The notes under the pieces are model-generated. The model did no database searches and was not told the origin of the DNA. It saw only the letters and a program-made list of their open reading frames with translations. The translations under genes were made by a program, and so were the position numbers. Source: a virus (lineage: Duplodnaviria; Heunggongvirae; Uroviricota; Caudoviricetes). Taken from it: a DNA stretch of 36,526 nt. This document shows positions 10,227 to 19,757 of this stretch, one piece after another; position 1 is the first letter of the stretch; the number at the start of each line of letters is the position of its first letter. The stretch lies in IMG/VR virus record IMGVR_UViG_2531839145_000010; one strand, written 5' to 3'.

Positions 10227-11227
10227 TATCGTTGCTCCATCCCAATTTTTTCAAGATTATATTCAACTACAACTTTGTCTGTCTTTTCGAAGTCAAATTT
10301 AAGAAAAAGTCTTTCATCCTCACCTAACAGCCAGTCTGTACTGTATTTCTTTTTAGCTTTTTCAAAATGATGAATAGCATTTTCATTTGGATGGATATGA
10401 CAATGACGTAATAAAATTGGTTTGCCTTCAGTGAGTATCTGATAAGTTGATAGCATGTCAAAAAAGTACACAAATTCATCTAATGAATCACCGGGTTGAT
10501 TGTAATAAACAACATACCCTTCTGGGATATCTTTTTTAAGCCAGCTAAAAGCCTCATGTTTAATTATGATGTATGGCGATGTTAATAATTCAATTGTCGC
10601 AGGTGTTGTTTGGTTGATGGGGTGTTTTATTCTTGTTAAAGAAAGATCTGGGTAATAGTAAGTAAACTTATCAGGCTGTGGAAGTTTTCCAGAGCCTATT
10701 AATTTGGTTATGTCAGAGGATATATTTATTAAATCAGATATTTTATAGGGGTCAAGTAAGTGTAGTTTTATGTTTGGAGGACAATTTATAACGGAATGAT
10801 CTAATTTTTTTGTAATATTTTCATAGAAATCTTTATCATATAGATTATCATGATTATACAAAAATAACAAACCTCTTACATTATAACCTAAAGAATCATC
10901 ATGAACGTATTTCAATCGCCACTCTTCACTTACATTCGCACACTCGGTAGCTAAAGCAAGTGAGGTTAAGGCACCTTCGACCATTTTTTTACCAATAGAT
11001 CCCACCGCATAGCTCTTTAGATCTGTATTGAGATAGACCATTTCCTCTTCATAAGGGTCTGTGTAGAAAAATACAACATCACTTGGATGGGTTTTCTTGG
11101 AATGTACCTCTTGGCAACATTCCCAATTCATGTCCGCTCTAGCGGCGCGATCCCATTTGAATACAGAGAAAATATCATCAGAAATTTTACCTGCGACTCG
11201 TTGTATAGCCGAAGTTTCTCCACCCAT
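10226..11227 (-). CDS. Cargo operon gene 1: hypothetical protein (333 aa), His-rich C-terminal motif
   Basis: GGAG RBS about 10 nt upstream of ATG 11225-11227; His cluster HCHIHPNENAIHH; AT-rich; occupies the P2 old/tin position. Confidence 0.7.
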   Translation of the reverse strand: MGGETSAIQRVAGKISDDIFSVFKWDRAARADMNWECCQEVHSKKTHPSDVVFFYTDPYEEEMVYLNTDLKSYAVGSIGKKMVEGALTSLALATECANVSEEWRLKYVHDDSLGYNVRGLLFLYNHDNLYDKDFYENITKKLDHSVINCPPNIKLHLLDPYKISDLINISSDITKLIGSGKLPQPDKFTYYYPDLSLTRIKHPINQTTPATIELLTSPYIIIKHEAFSWLKKDIPEGYVVYYNQPGDSLDEFVYFFDMLSTYQILTEGKPILLRHCHIHPNENAIHHFEKAKKKYSTDWLLGEDERLFLKFDFEKTDKVVVEYNLEKIGMEQR

Positions 11228-11445
11228 TTTATAATCGCTCCTTTAAAATTGCTGTGGCAATCCGCCATTAAATCCATCTGATTTGATGTGTAATCTAACC
11301 GTATGGTTTGTATGTGTTTGTTGCATGACTATAGCGCATGAAAATGCATGATCGCAAAGGGATCGTTTATGTCTAGGCACTCCAGTTCTGGAGAGGCTTT
11401 GAAGAGTTCATGCGATTGCATGAAAACCACTATGTGAAGTGAGCA

Positions 11446-11464
11446 GGCGTGGCGGGGATACGAG
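11446..11464. other. Candidate cos site (cohesive-end region)
   Basis: GGCGTGGCGGGGATACGAG; first 13 nt match the P2/186 cos 19-mers as I recall them; lies upstream of the portal gene. Confidence 0.4.
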
Positions 11465-11643
11465 CGCGCGTAACGGGGCGAAAAAGTAATAATCCCGCGT
11501 ATTGGAGAGATTGATTTGAAGTTTTCGGGATCGTGTTGCAATATATTGGCACACATTAAATGATGTTGATTTCATTGACTTAATGTGGAAATGGAACTGT
11601 GAAACAACATACGTCAGCGATGTTACTTTCAAAAGGATAGACA

Positions 11644-11937
11644 ATGAAAACCATATACAACTATGACTTTCAATACTTACGTAAAGGGGATACGCGACCT
11701 CTTGATGATGGAGAGATTGTAGGATGTTCTTCGGAAGACAATCCACTCCTGATGCTTCCGAATGTTGGGGATTATGTCGACATTACCAACAATAAAGACC
11801 GTGAGTCGTTTGGTGGGAAAGTGAAATCAAGGTTATTCAGATATACTCGAGTAAGTGAAGACCATGTTATTTGCAACATCAATATTGTTGTTGAAGAGGT
11901 TGAAGACTCGGTATGGGGCACACTTGTTAAAGAGTAA
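11644..11937 (+). CDS. Hypothetical protein (97 aa), AT-rich cargo ORF
   Basis: aaggatag RBS before ATG; followed by a strong terminator; between candidate cos and portal gene. Confidence 0.55.
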   Translation: MKTIYNYDFQYLRKGDTRPLDDGEIVGCSSEDNPLLMLPNVGDYVDITNNKDRESFGGKVKSRLFRYTRVSEDHVICNINIVVEEVEDSVWGTLVKE

Positions 11938-11939
11938 AC

Positions 11940-11970
11940 AAAGCGCCTGCAGTAGCAGGCGCTTTCTGAG
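11940..11970. terminator. Bidirectional rho-independent terminator
   Basis: aagcgcctgc-agta-gcaggcgctt stem-loop followed by tct on plus strand and a T-rich run on minus strand; between convergent genes. Confidence 0.7.
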
Positions 11971-11982
11971 CCTAATCTATAT

Positions 11983-13011
11983 CTAATACATATAAGGTTC
12001 GAAGCGAATTATTTCTTCGCCCAGCCAGTCGTTAAGCTCCTGCAGTCGCTTCTGTAACGGCATCAGTTCGTTGCGGACAAAGACGCGGCTGGCTTTTTCA
12101 ACATCACCAAATCCCCCAACATTACTCGGCATGATCCCCATCATTTGTGGCGGTACACGGTGCGCAGCCATCATGTCATCGCGGCTGACATTTTTGATAT
12201 TCAGAAACTCATCCTTCGCCGCGACTTCTGACAACGGGATGATCTGAAGCCCGTCCTTTTTGCCGTTAGGCGAGTACATAAACAGGTTGCGGAAGTTGCC
12301 AGGGCCTTTGGCGCTTTTCATCGCATTGCGGAGGTTGTTCACATCCTCTTGGTTCTGCGCGGCATCGGTCATGTACATGATGAAGCCTGCATGGCTGCCG
12401 TTGATGTAATACTTACGGCGGAACAGCGTGGCAGACTCGTTGAGCAGGGCGGATGGAATGGCAGAAAGATAGCCTGGCAGGCCGTAGATCTCCTGGTTGA
12501 TGTCCGGTTCCATCAGATGAAAAATGCTGCCTTTCGTGAACTGATACGGCTGGGTTGTCATACCGTATTGCACAAACCAGTAGGTATCCAGGTCTAACCC
12601 ACGTCGGGTGTATTTTGCCAGCGCAGGCTCAAGGGCGATAACTTCACCGAATCGGTTCGTGCGTTTCTCCAGGTAGGCGTTACCAAATACCAGATAGTCC
12701 TGCACAAAACGCGAAAAAGCCTGTTGGCTGAGCAGCGGGTGAGGGATGTAGGTGCTGGTCAAAATGTTGCATTTCACCGCAATCGGTGAGCTGTGATGCA
12801 CGGCGGCGCGGAAGGTTCGTGCCAGTCCGTCAAAGCTGACGGGCGGCTCATACCAGCGATCCATCTGTACGCATTCCACATAGTCCAGCAGTTCGCGGCG
12901 GTCCAGAACAGGAACGGGATCACCGAAGCTGAATGCTTCGGCTGAAGTCTGGCTTTTATGCTGGTTCTGGTTCGTCGACGCAGCGCGGTTCTTCTTACTC
13001 TTTCCCATCAA
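11983..13011 (-). CDS. Q: Portal protein (P2 gpQ-like)
   Basis: 342 aa; size and position next to terminase in the leftward Q-P operon; recalled similarity to P2 Q. Confidence 0.85.
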   Translation of the reverse strand: MMGKSKKNRAASTNQNQHKSQTSAEAFSFGDPVPVLDRRELLDYVECVQMDRWYEPPVSFDGLARTFRAAVHHSSPIAVKCNILTSTYIPHPLLSQQAFSRFVQDYLVFGNAYLEKRTNRFGEVIALEPALAKYTRRGLDLDTYWFVQYGMTTQPYQFTKGSIFHLMEPDINQEIYGLPGYLSAIPSALLNESATLFRRKYYINGSHAGFIMYMTDAAQNQEDVNNLRNAMKSAKGPGNFRNLFMYSPNGKKDGLQIIPLSEVAAKDEFLNIKNVSRDDMMAAHRVPPQMMGIMPSNVGGFGDVEKASRVFVRNELMPLQKRLQELNDWLGEEIIRFEPYMY

Positions 13012-14774
13012 AAAATCTCCACAATATTGCTGGCATTGGCGGACTCGCCCTGCAGCGGTTCGTTAAACAGTGCGTGCATTGTTGCCCAGGCCAGATCGGC
13101 ATGGCTGGCTTCTTCGCTGCGGCTGGCTTCATAGGTCGGGCGGTTGCCGCTGGCGGTGGTGGCGCGACGGATTGCCATGAATGACTGCGCAATGTCGGTG
13201 TGTCCGGCGTCAAATTCCAGGCGGCGGTGACTGATAATGTCGTAGGCCTTGAGTACCAGGGCGTTTTTAACGTTGGGGTTGTAGACAAACTCCCGGACGG
13301 CAGGAAAAAACGCTTTCACGTTCTCGTAAACCCCGTGACCGACGCCGGTCGAGTCGATGCCGATATAGGTCACGTTATACTGTTCGGTCAGTTTTTTGAT
13401 GGCGTCAGCCTGGGCGCGGAAGTCCATTCCGCGCCACTGGTGACGCTCAAGAATGCGGAACTTACCGCCCGGCACGGCTGGCGGTGCCACCACCACGCAT
13501 CCGGCGCTGTCGCCGTTCTGCGTACCTTTTGCCGGGTCATAACCGATCCACACTTCGCGCCAGCCAAACGGGCGCAGGGCCAGTGCATGAAAGTCGGTCC
13601 AGACTTCCCAACTGTCCACCATGCACGCCTGCAGCTCGCTGAGCGGGAACACGGACGCGAGATCGTCCACGAACTCACACATCAGCAGGTTCTGGTATTC
13701 GTCCGGGCTGTATTCCATGCGCAACTGGTCAAGGTCGAACAGGTTACAGCCGCCGCGCACCGCATCTTCTACGGTGACTATCTGGCGGTATTGCCCGTCT
13801 GCGCACAGCAGGCCGGGGGCCAGATTGCTGTGGGACAGGTCGATGTCCACCTTGTCGGCTTTGTTGCGTCCACGGTTGAACAGCGCACCGGACCAGAACG
13901 GATAAGCACTGTGGGTCAGGCTGGATGGCGTGGAAAAATAGGTTTGTCGCCATTTTTTGTGAATAGCCATACCGGAAGCCACTTTGCGCAGCTCCTGGAA
14001 TTTCGGTATCCAGAAATATTCATCCAGATACAGGTTGCCGTGGTAACTCTGGGCAGTGCGGGCATTGGTGCCGAGGAAATACAGTGTGGCCCCGTTGGGA
14101 AGCACCATCGGATCGCCTTTCAGCTCCACTTCCACTTCTTTGGCGAAGTCGATGATGTACTGCTTAAAGACGTGCGCCTGTGCCTTACTGGCAGAAAGGA
14201 AAATCTGGTTACGTCCGGTTAGCAGGGCGTCAATCAGGGCTTCACGGGCAAAATAGAAGGTCGCGCCGATCTGGCGTGACTTCAGCAGGTTGCGGATGCG
14301 GTTGGTTTTTCCGGCTTCCCACCAGTGACGCTGGTAGTTGAACATGGAGGAATGGAAGATTTCTTCCAGCTTCTCAATCTGTTCATCGGTGAAAACATTC
14401 TTTTCAGGCTGACGGCGCGGGCCTTTGTTGCGGTTGGCGACGTTAGGGTTTAAATCGGCTTCGTTGCCGCCATTGTTAAACTTGCCGATCCGCGCGTGGC
14501 GCTCCGACTGGCGCGCCAGCAGATCAATTTCTTTGAAATCTTTCCCTTCTTTGTGCTCCTTCATAATGAGCTGGCAGTAACGTGCGGCGGTGGTGAGCTG
14601 CATCTGATCCAGCGGCCCATAGTCACCCCACTTGTCGCGTTTTTTCCAGCTGTGAACGGTTGCAACTTTCTCGCCCAGCATTTCAGCAATGCGGGCTACG
14701 CGGTATCCCTGAAAGTACAGCAGCATGGCCTGCCGACGGGGATCGAGATCTGCGGGTGTCAGTGTGGTGTTCAT
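13008..14774 (-). CDS. P: Terminase large (ATPase) subunit (P2 gpP-like)
   Basis: 588 aa; divergent from the O-N-M-L operon; recalled similarity to P2 P. Confidence 0.85.
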   Translation of the reverse strand: MNTTLTPADLDPRRQAMLLYFQGYRVARIAEMLGEKVATVHSWKKRDKWGDYGPLDQMQLTTAARYCQLIMKEHKEGKDFKEIDLLARQSERHARIGKFNNGGNEADLNPNVANRNKGPRRQPEKNVFTDEQIEKLEEIFHSSMFNYQRHWWEAGKTNRIRNLLKSRQIGATFYFAREALIDALLTGRNQIFLSASKAQAHVFKQYIIDFAKEVEVELKGDPMVLPNGATLYFLGTNARTAQSYHGNLYLDEYFWIPKFQELRKVASGMAIHKKWRQTYFSTPSSLTHSAYPFWSGALFNRGRNKADKVDIDLSHSNLAPGLLCADGQYRQIVTVEDAVRGGCNLFDLDQLRMEYSPDEYQNLLMCEFVDDLASVFPLSELQACMVDSWEVWTDFHALALRPFGWREVWIGYDPAKGTQNGDSAGCVVVAPPAVPGGKFRILERHQWRGMDFRAQADAIKKLTEQYNVTYIGIDSTGVGHGVYENVKAFFPAVREFVYNPNVKNALVLKAYDIISHRRLEFDAGHTDIAQSFMAIRRATTASGNRPTYEASRSEEASHADLAWATMHALFNEPLQGESANASNIVEIF

Positions 14775-14820
14775 GGCACAAACCTACAGCCTTGAATGAA
14801 GGCTTTCCCCGCCTGCGGTT

Positions 14821-14838
14821 TGTGTGGTTGTCGGTACA
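14821..14838. promoter_or_regulatory. Ogr/Delta-type late-activator site (TGT-N12-ACA) in the P/O divergent promoter region
   Basis: TGTgtggttgtcggtACA, centred about 88 bp upstream of the O start codon. Confidence 0.5.
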
Positions 14839-14916
14839 AATACCGCGCATTGTTTCACTGCCCCTATCACCGCAACCATAAGGCTCCAGTAAGTTTTTTC
14901 TAACGGAGCACGGCTC

Positions 14917-15749
14917 ATGACAGTGAAAGCAAAGCGTTTTCGCATCGGGGTGGAAGGTGCCACCACCGACGGACGCGAAATCCAGCGTGAATGGCTGGAA
15001 CAGATGGCAGCCAGCTACAACCCGGCGGTGTATACCGCGCTGATTAACCTTGAGCACATCAAGTCTTATCTGCCGGACAGCACCTTTAACCGCTACGGCA
15101 AGGTGACGGCGCTGTTTGCTGAAGAAATCACGGAAGGTCCGCTGGCAGGCAAGATGGCGCTGTATGCCGACGTTGAGCCAACAGAGTCCCTGGTGGAGCT
15201 GGTGAAAAAAGCCAGAAATTATTCACCTCTATGGAAGTCAGCCCAAAGTTTGCTGATACGGGCAAAGCCTACCTGGTCGGGCTGGCTGCCACTGATGACC
15301 CTGCCAGTCTGGGCACTGAAATGCTGACATTCAGCGCCAGTGCAGCCCATAACCCGCTGGCAAACCGCAAGCAGAATCCCGCCAATCTCTTTACCGCCGC
15401 AGAGGAAACGGTGATCGAACTGGAAGAAATCCAGGAGGACAAGCCGTCCCTGTTTGCCCGCGTCACGGCGCTGTTCACCAAAAAAGAGCAGTCCGACGAT
15501 GCCCGGTTCTCTGATGTGCATAAGGCCGTGGAGCTGGTCGCCACTGAGCAGCAGAACCTGAGCGCACGGACCGAAAAATCCCTGTCTGAGCAGGAAGAAC
15601 GTCTGTCTGAGCTGGAGACTGCCCTGCAGGCACAGCAGACCGCCTTTAACGAACTGGTGAATAAGCTGAGTCATGAAGACAGCCGCCAGGACTACCGCCA
15701 GTGTGCAACAGGCGGTAACGCCCCCGCTGACACTCTGACCAATTGCTGA
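14917..15749 (+). pseudogene. O: Capsid scaffolding protein (P2 gpO-like), split by a 1-nt frameshift in an A6 run
   Basis: Track ORFs 14917..15327 and 15231..15749 match the N- and C-terminal halves of P2 gpO in two frames; one extra A at 15205-15210 would restore a gapless alignment. Confidence 0.7.
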
Positions 15750-15765
15750 TGGAGCACAAAACCCG

Positions 15766-16824
15766 ATGAAGAAGAATACCCGCTTTGCTTTTAACGCTTA
15801 CCTGCAGCAGCTGGCGCGTCTGAACGGTGTGGCAGTTGAAGAACTGTCCAGCAAGTTCACCGTAGAGCCGTCCGTGCAGCAGACATTGGAAGACCAGATC
15901 CAGCAGTCCGCCGCTTTCCTGACGCTGATTAACGTCACGCCAGTGACTGAGCAGTCCGGTCAGCTGCTGGGGTTGGGAGTTGGCAGCACCATTGCCGGAA
16001 CCACTGATACCACCGCGAAAGAGCGTGAACCTGTCGATCCGACGCTGATGGTCGATGTGGAATATAAATGCGAGCAGACCAACTTTGACACGGTGCTGAC
16101 CTACGCGAAGCTGGACCTGTGGGCGAAGTTTCAGGATTTTCAGGTGCGTATCCGTGACGCCATCGTGAAACGTCAGGCACTGGACCGCATCATGATCGGC
16201 TTTAACGGCGTGAAGCGTGCGAAAACCTCCAACCGTAGCGAAAACCCGCTACTGCAGGATGTGAATAAAGGCTGGCTGCAGAAAATCCGTGAGGATGCAC
16301 CGGATCACGTCATGGGCAGCACCACCACGGGCGGTGAAACCACACCGGGCGCAGTGAAAGTCGGGAAAGGTGGCGAATATGCCAACCTGGACGCCGTGGT
16401 GATGGATGCCGTCAATGAGCTTATCGACGTGGTCTACCAGGACGATGACGATCTGGTGGTGATTTGCGGTCGTGAACTGCTGTCTGACAAGTATTTCCCG
16501 CTGGTCAACAAAGAGCAGGAAAACAGTGAAAAACTGGCTGCCGATATGATCATCAGCCAGAAACGCATGGGGGGCCTGCAGGCCGTGCGTGCGCCGTTCT
16601 TCCCGCCGAATGCACTGCTGATTACCCGTCTGGATAACCTGTCCATCTACTGGCAGGAAGACACCCGCCGCCGTTCAGTTATCGACAACCCGAAACGTGA
16701 CCGGATTGAAAACTTTGAATCCGTTAACGAAGCCTATGTGGTTGAGGACTACCGCTGTGCCGCACTGGTGGAAAACATCCAGATTGGCGACTTCAGCGCC
16801 GCCGCAGCAGAAACCGGAGCGTAA
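15766..16824 (+). CDS. N: Major capsid protein (P2 gpN-like)
   Basis: 352 aa; FNAYL...ELNG, GFNGVKRA, GKGG, VEDY and GDFS motifs match recalled P2 gpN. Confidence 0.9.
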   Translation: MKKNTRFAFNAYLQQLARLNGVAVEELSSKFTVEPSVQQTLEDQIQQSAAFLTLINVTPVTEQSGQLLGLGVGSTIAGTTDTTAKEREPVDPTLMVDVEYKCEQTNFDTVLTYAKLDLWAKFQDFQVRIRDAIVKRQALDRIMIGFNGVKRAKTSNRSENPLLQDVNKGWLQKIREDAPDHVMGSTTTGGETTPGAVKVGKGGEYANLDAVVMDAVNELIDVVYQDDDDLVVICGRELLSDKYFPLVNKEQENSEKLAADMIISQKRMGGLQAVRAPFFPPNALLITRLDNLSIYWQEDTRRRSVIDNPKRDRIENFESVNEAYVVEDYRCAALVENIQIGDFSAAAAETGA

Positions 16825-16827
16825 TTC

Positions 16828-17478
16828 ATGAGCCTGAGTCCCGCACGGCAGCATCGCCTGCGCGTTCAGGCTGAACAGGCCGCCCGCGAGGGCGGCAGTG
16901 TTCGCCACGCGTCGGGCTATGACCTGATGCTGCTGCAACTGGCGGAAGACCGCCGCCGTCTCAAGGGCGTTCAGTCCACGGTCAAAAAAGCGGAAATCAA
17001 GGTGGAGCTGCTGCCGAAATACGCTGCCTGGGCAGAGGGTGTCCTGGCTGCCGGAGGCACTCAACAGGATGACGTGCTGATGTACGTGATGCTGTGGCGC
17101 ATTGATGCCGGAGATTATGCCGGGGCGCTGGAGATCGGGCGTCATGCCCTGCGTCATGGCTGGGTGATGCCACTGGGTAACCGCAATGTGCAGACCGTGC
17201 TGGCAGAGGAAATGGCAGACGCCGCGCAGAGCGCAATGCTTGCCGCCACCGGCTTTGATGCCGATCTGTTGTTGCAGACGCTGGAGCTGACAGACGGTCT
17301 GGATATGCCGGACCAGTCACGGGCGCGTCTGCATAAAGCGATTGGCGCTGTCCTGAGTGAAAGCAATCCGGCTTCCGCCCTTAATCATCTCAACCATGCG
17401 TTGCAGCTCGATCCCCGCTGTGGCGTGAAAAAAGACAAACAGCAGCTGGAGCGCAGACTGCGCAATGACAGCCGCTGA
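16828..17478 (+). CDS. M: Terminase small/endonuclease subunit (P2 gpM-like)
   Basis: 216 aa; QDD..M..MLWR.D.GD.AGALEI and GVKK motifs match recalled P2 gpM. Confidence 0.8.
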   Translation: MSLSPARQHRLRVQAEQAAREGGSVRHASGYDLMLLQLAEDRRRLKGVQSTVKKAEIKVELLPKYAAWAEGVLAAGGTQQDDVLMYVMLWRIDAGDYAGALEIGRHALRHGWVMPLGNRNVQTVLAEEMADAAQSAMLAATGFDADLLLQTLELTDGLDMPDQSRARLHKAIGAVLSESNPASALNHLNHALQLDPRCGVKKDKQQLERRLRNDSR

Positions 17479-17573
17479 CAGAACGTGCCCCCGCGCACGG
17501 GCGGCACGGGGTGGCGAAAGGCACTGCCACATCAAAACCCCGTCCACCGCCCTCTATTTCAGGAGAAAGCAGC

Positions 17574-18038
17574 ATGAAGTTTGTTGCGCCAGAACAGGCA
17601 CCGGAACAGGCGGAAATCATCAGAAATACGCCGTTCTGGCCTGATGTGGACCTGTCGGAGTTTCGCAGTGTGATGCGCACTGACGGCACGGTGACGCAGC
17701 CGCGTTTAAAGCAGGTTGCGCTGTCGGCAATTTCGGAGGTCAACGCAGAGCTGTATGAGTTTCGCAGACGCCAGCAGATGCTGGGATATGCCTCGCTGGC
17801 AGAGGTTCCGGCGGAACAGCTGGACGGGAAAAGCGAGCGAATTCAGCACTATTTCAACGCGGTTTACTGCTGGGCTCGCGCCATGCTCAACGAACGTTAC
17901 CAGGACTATGACGCCACGGCATCCGGTGTGAAGCGGGGCGAGGAACTGGCAGAAGCCAGCGGTGATTTGTGGCGTGACGCCCGCTGGGCCATCTGCCGGG
18001 TACAGGATGCGCCGCACTGCACAGTGGAGCTTATCTGA
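17574..18038 (+). CDS. L: Head completion protein (P2 gpL-like)
   Basis: ATG 17574 after aggagaaagcagc RBS; position after M. Confidence 0.75.
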   Translation: MKFVAPEQAPEQAEIIRNTPFWPDVDLSEFRSVMRTDGTVTQPRLKQVALSAISEVNAELYEFRRRQQMLGYASLAEVPAEQLDGKSERIQHYFNAVYCWARAMLNERYQDYDATASGVKRGEELAEASGDLWRDARWAICRVQDAPHCTVELI

Positions 18039-18241
18039 TGAAAGTGCGTGCGCATCAGTATGACACGGTGGACGCGCTTTGCTGGCGTCATTACGGGCGC
18101 ACGCAGGGTGTCACGGAGCAGGTACTGAAGGCAAATCCGGGGCTTGCCGAATTTGGCCCTTTTTTACCTCACGGGCTGCAGGTGGAGCTGCCGGACATTC
18201 CGACCACCACCACCGTGCAGACCGTCCAGCTATGGGACTGA
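18038..18241 (+). CDS. X: Tail protein X (P2 gpX-like)
   Basis: 67 aa; position between L and the lysis genes. Confidence 0.7.
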   Translation: MKVRAHQYDTVDALCWRHYGRTQGVTEQVLKANPGLAEFGPFLPHGLQVELPDIPTTTTVQTVQLWD

Positions 18242-18244
18242 ATT

Positions 18245-18460
18245 ATGACGCTTGAGCGAATCAGCGCCTTTATCACGTATTGCATCGCCGTTGTGCTGGC
18301 CTGGCTGGGCGATTTGTCCATCAAGGATGCCTCAACGCTGGGTGGCCTGATGATTGGTGTGCTGATGCTGGCTATCAACTGGTACTACAAACACAAAGCC
18401 TACCAGCTTCTGCGCGACGGGCAGATCTCGCGGGAGGACTATGAATCCATCAATCGTTAA
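18245..18460 (+). CDS. Holin, two-TMD class (pinholin-like)
   Basis: 71 aa, two hydrophobic segments and a charged C-terminus; immediately upstream of a SAR-type endolysin. Confidence 0.7.
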   Translation: MTLERISAFITYCIAVVLAWLGDLSIKDASTLGGLMIGVLMLAINWYYKHKAYQLLRDGQISREDYESINR

Positions 18461-18953
18461 ACGCTGCCTTGTCGGGGCCGTGCTGGCTATTGCTGCCACG
18501 CTGCCGGGGTTTCAGCAACTTCACACCTCCGTGGAGGGGCTGAAACTGATTGCCGATTACGAAGGCTGTCGTCTGCAGCCGTATCAGTGCAGCGCGGGTG
18601 TCTGGACCGACGGCATTGGTAATACGTCGGGCGTCATTCCCGGCAAAACTATTACGGAACGACAGGCAGCAGAAGGGCTGATCTCCAACGTGCTACGTGT
18701 GGAGCGGGCGCTGGAAAGGTGTGTGAAGCAACAGCCGCCGCAGAAGGTGTATGACGCTACGGTGTCGTTTGCCTTCAACGTGGGGACGGGCAATGCCTGC
18801 AGTTCCACGCTGGTGAAATTACTCAATCAGCGGCGCTGGGCGGATGCGTGCCGACAGTTGCCGCGCTGGGTTTATGTGAAAGGTGTGTTTAATCAGGGGC
18901 TGGATAACCGCCGTGCGCGGGAGATGGCCTGGTGTTTACAGGGAGCAAACTGA
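18441..18953 (+). CDS. SAR endolysin (T4-lysozyme-type fold, P21 R-like)
   Basis: Hydrophobic N-terminus LVGAVLAIAATL; FNVGTGNACSSTLVKLLN and RRAREMAWCLQG resemble recalled P21 R. Confidence 0.8.
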   Translation: MNPSIVKRCLVGAVLAIAATLPGFQQLHTSVEGLKLIADYEGCRLQPYQCSAGVWTDGIGNTSGVIPGKTITERQAAEGLISNVLRVERALERCVKQQPPQKVYDATVSFAFNVGTGNACSSTLVKLLNQRRWADACRQLPRWVYVKGVFNQGLDNRRAREMAWCLQGAN

Positions 18954-18954
18954 A

Positions 18955-19332
18955 ATGAAAAAGAAATTAATCAGCGGACTGTTTCTGATGTTATGGATGG
19001 CGCTGTTAATCGCAGCAATGGTGTATCCGCAGGGGATCTTTCCGGTACTGGCAGCGTCCGGCGTTTGGGTAGCCTGTTTGCTGACATGGGCGGTAATTCC
19101 GGTAGCACTGGCTGCGTTAATTCAGAATGGCCCGCTCTGGCAGGAGTTAAGGGCATCTTTGCTGAAGACAATTACCCGAAAAGAAAACGTATTTATCAGT
19201 TGGGTGATGCGATTGCTGATTGTTGTAAGTCTCGCATGGACGGGGTGGGCTATTACCCTGGTCTTTTATCTACTGACCGTTATTGCCTTCTGGATCACCC
19301 GTAATCAGATGGCGCAACAGGTAGCCGCATGA
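18955..19332 (+). CDS. lysA: LysA-like membrane protein (putative lysis timing/antiholin)
   Basis: Multiple hydrophobic helices; position between endolysin and spanin genes. Confidence 0.6.
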   Translation: MKKKLISGLFLMLWMALLIAAMVYPQGIFPVLAASGVWVACLLTWAVIPVALAALIQNGPLWQELRASLLKTITRKENVFISWVMRLLIVVSLAWTGWAITLVFYLLTVIAFWITRNQMAQQVAA

Positions 19333-19757
19333 ACCGGTTGCTGCTGGTTGTGCTGGCGTTATTACTGGCGGCGCTGGGCTGGCAGACGTGGCGGCTGGCT
19401 GATGCCAGCCAGACCATCAGCACGCAGGCAAACGAGCTGCAGAGCAAAAGCCAGGCACTGGCAAAGAGCAACAGCCAGCTTATCAGCCTGTCCATTCTGA
19501 CTGAAACCAATAACCGGGAGCAGGCGCGGCTCTATGCCGAAGCAGAACAGACCAGCGCACAGCTGAGACAACGACAACGCCGGATCGAGGAACTGAAACG
19601 TGAGAACGAGGATTTACGCCACTGGGCTGATACTCCTTTGCCTGCTGACATTATCCGGCTGCGGGAACGTCCGGCACTCACCGGAGGTGCAGCTTACCGT
19701 CAGTGGTTGTCCGCGAGTGACGCCGTGTCGGCTGGAGCAGGCAGCACCGCGCACTAA
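19329..19757 (+). CDS. lysB: Inner-membrane spanin subunit (LysB/Rz-like)
   Basis: N-terminal TMD followed by a charged helical region. Confidence 0.7.
   Translation: MNRLLLVVLALLLAALGWQTWRLADASQTISTQANELQSKSQALAKSNSQLISLSILTETNNREQARLYAEAEQTSAQLRQRQRRIEELKRENEDLRHWADTPLPADIIRLRERPALTGGAAYRQWLSASDAVSAGAGSTAH

Noticed and set aside
13200-14222. 340-aa plus-strand ORF opposite the terminase gene
   Set aside because: Fully embedded antisense to the terminase large subunit; no RBS context; an artefact of an open frame.
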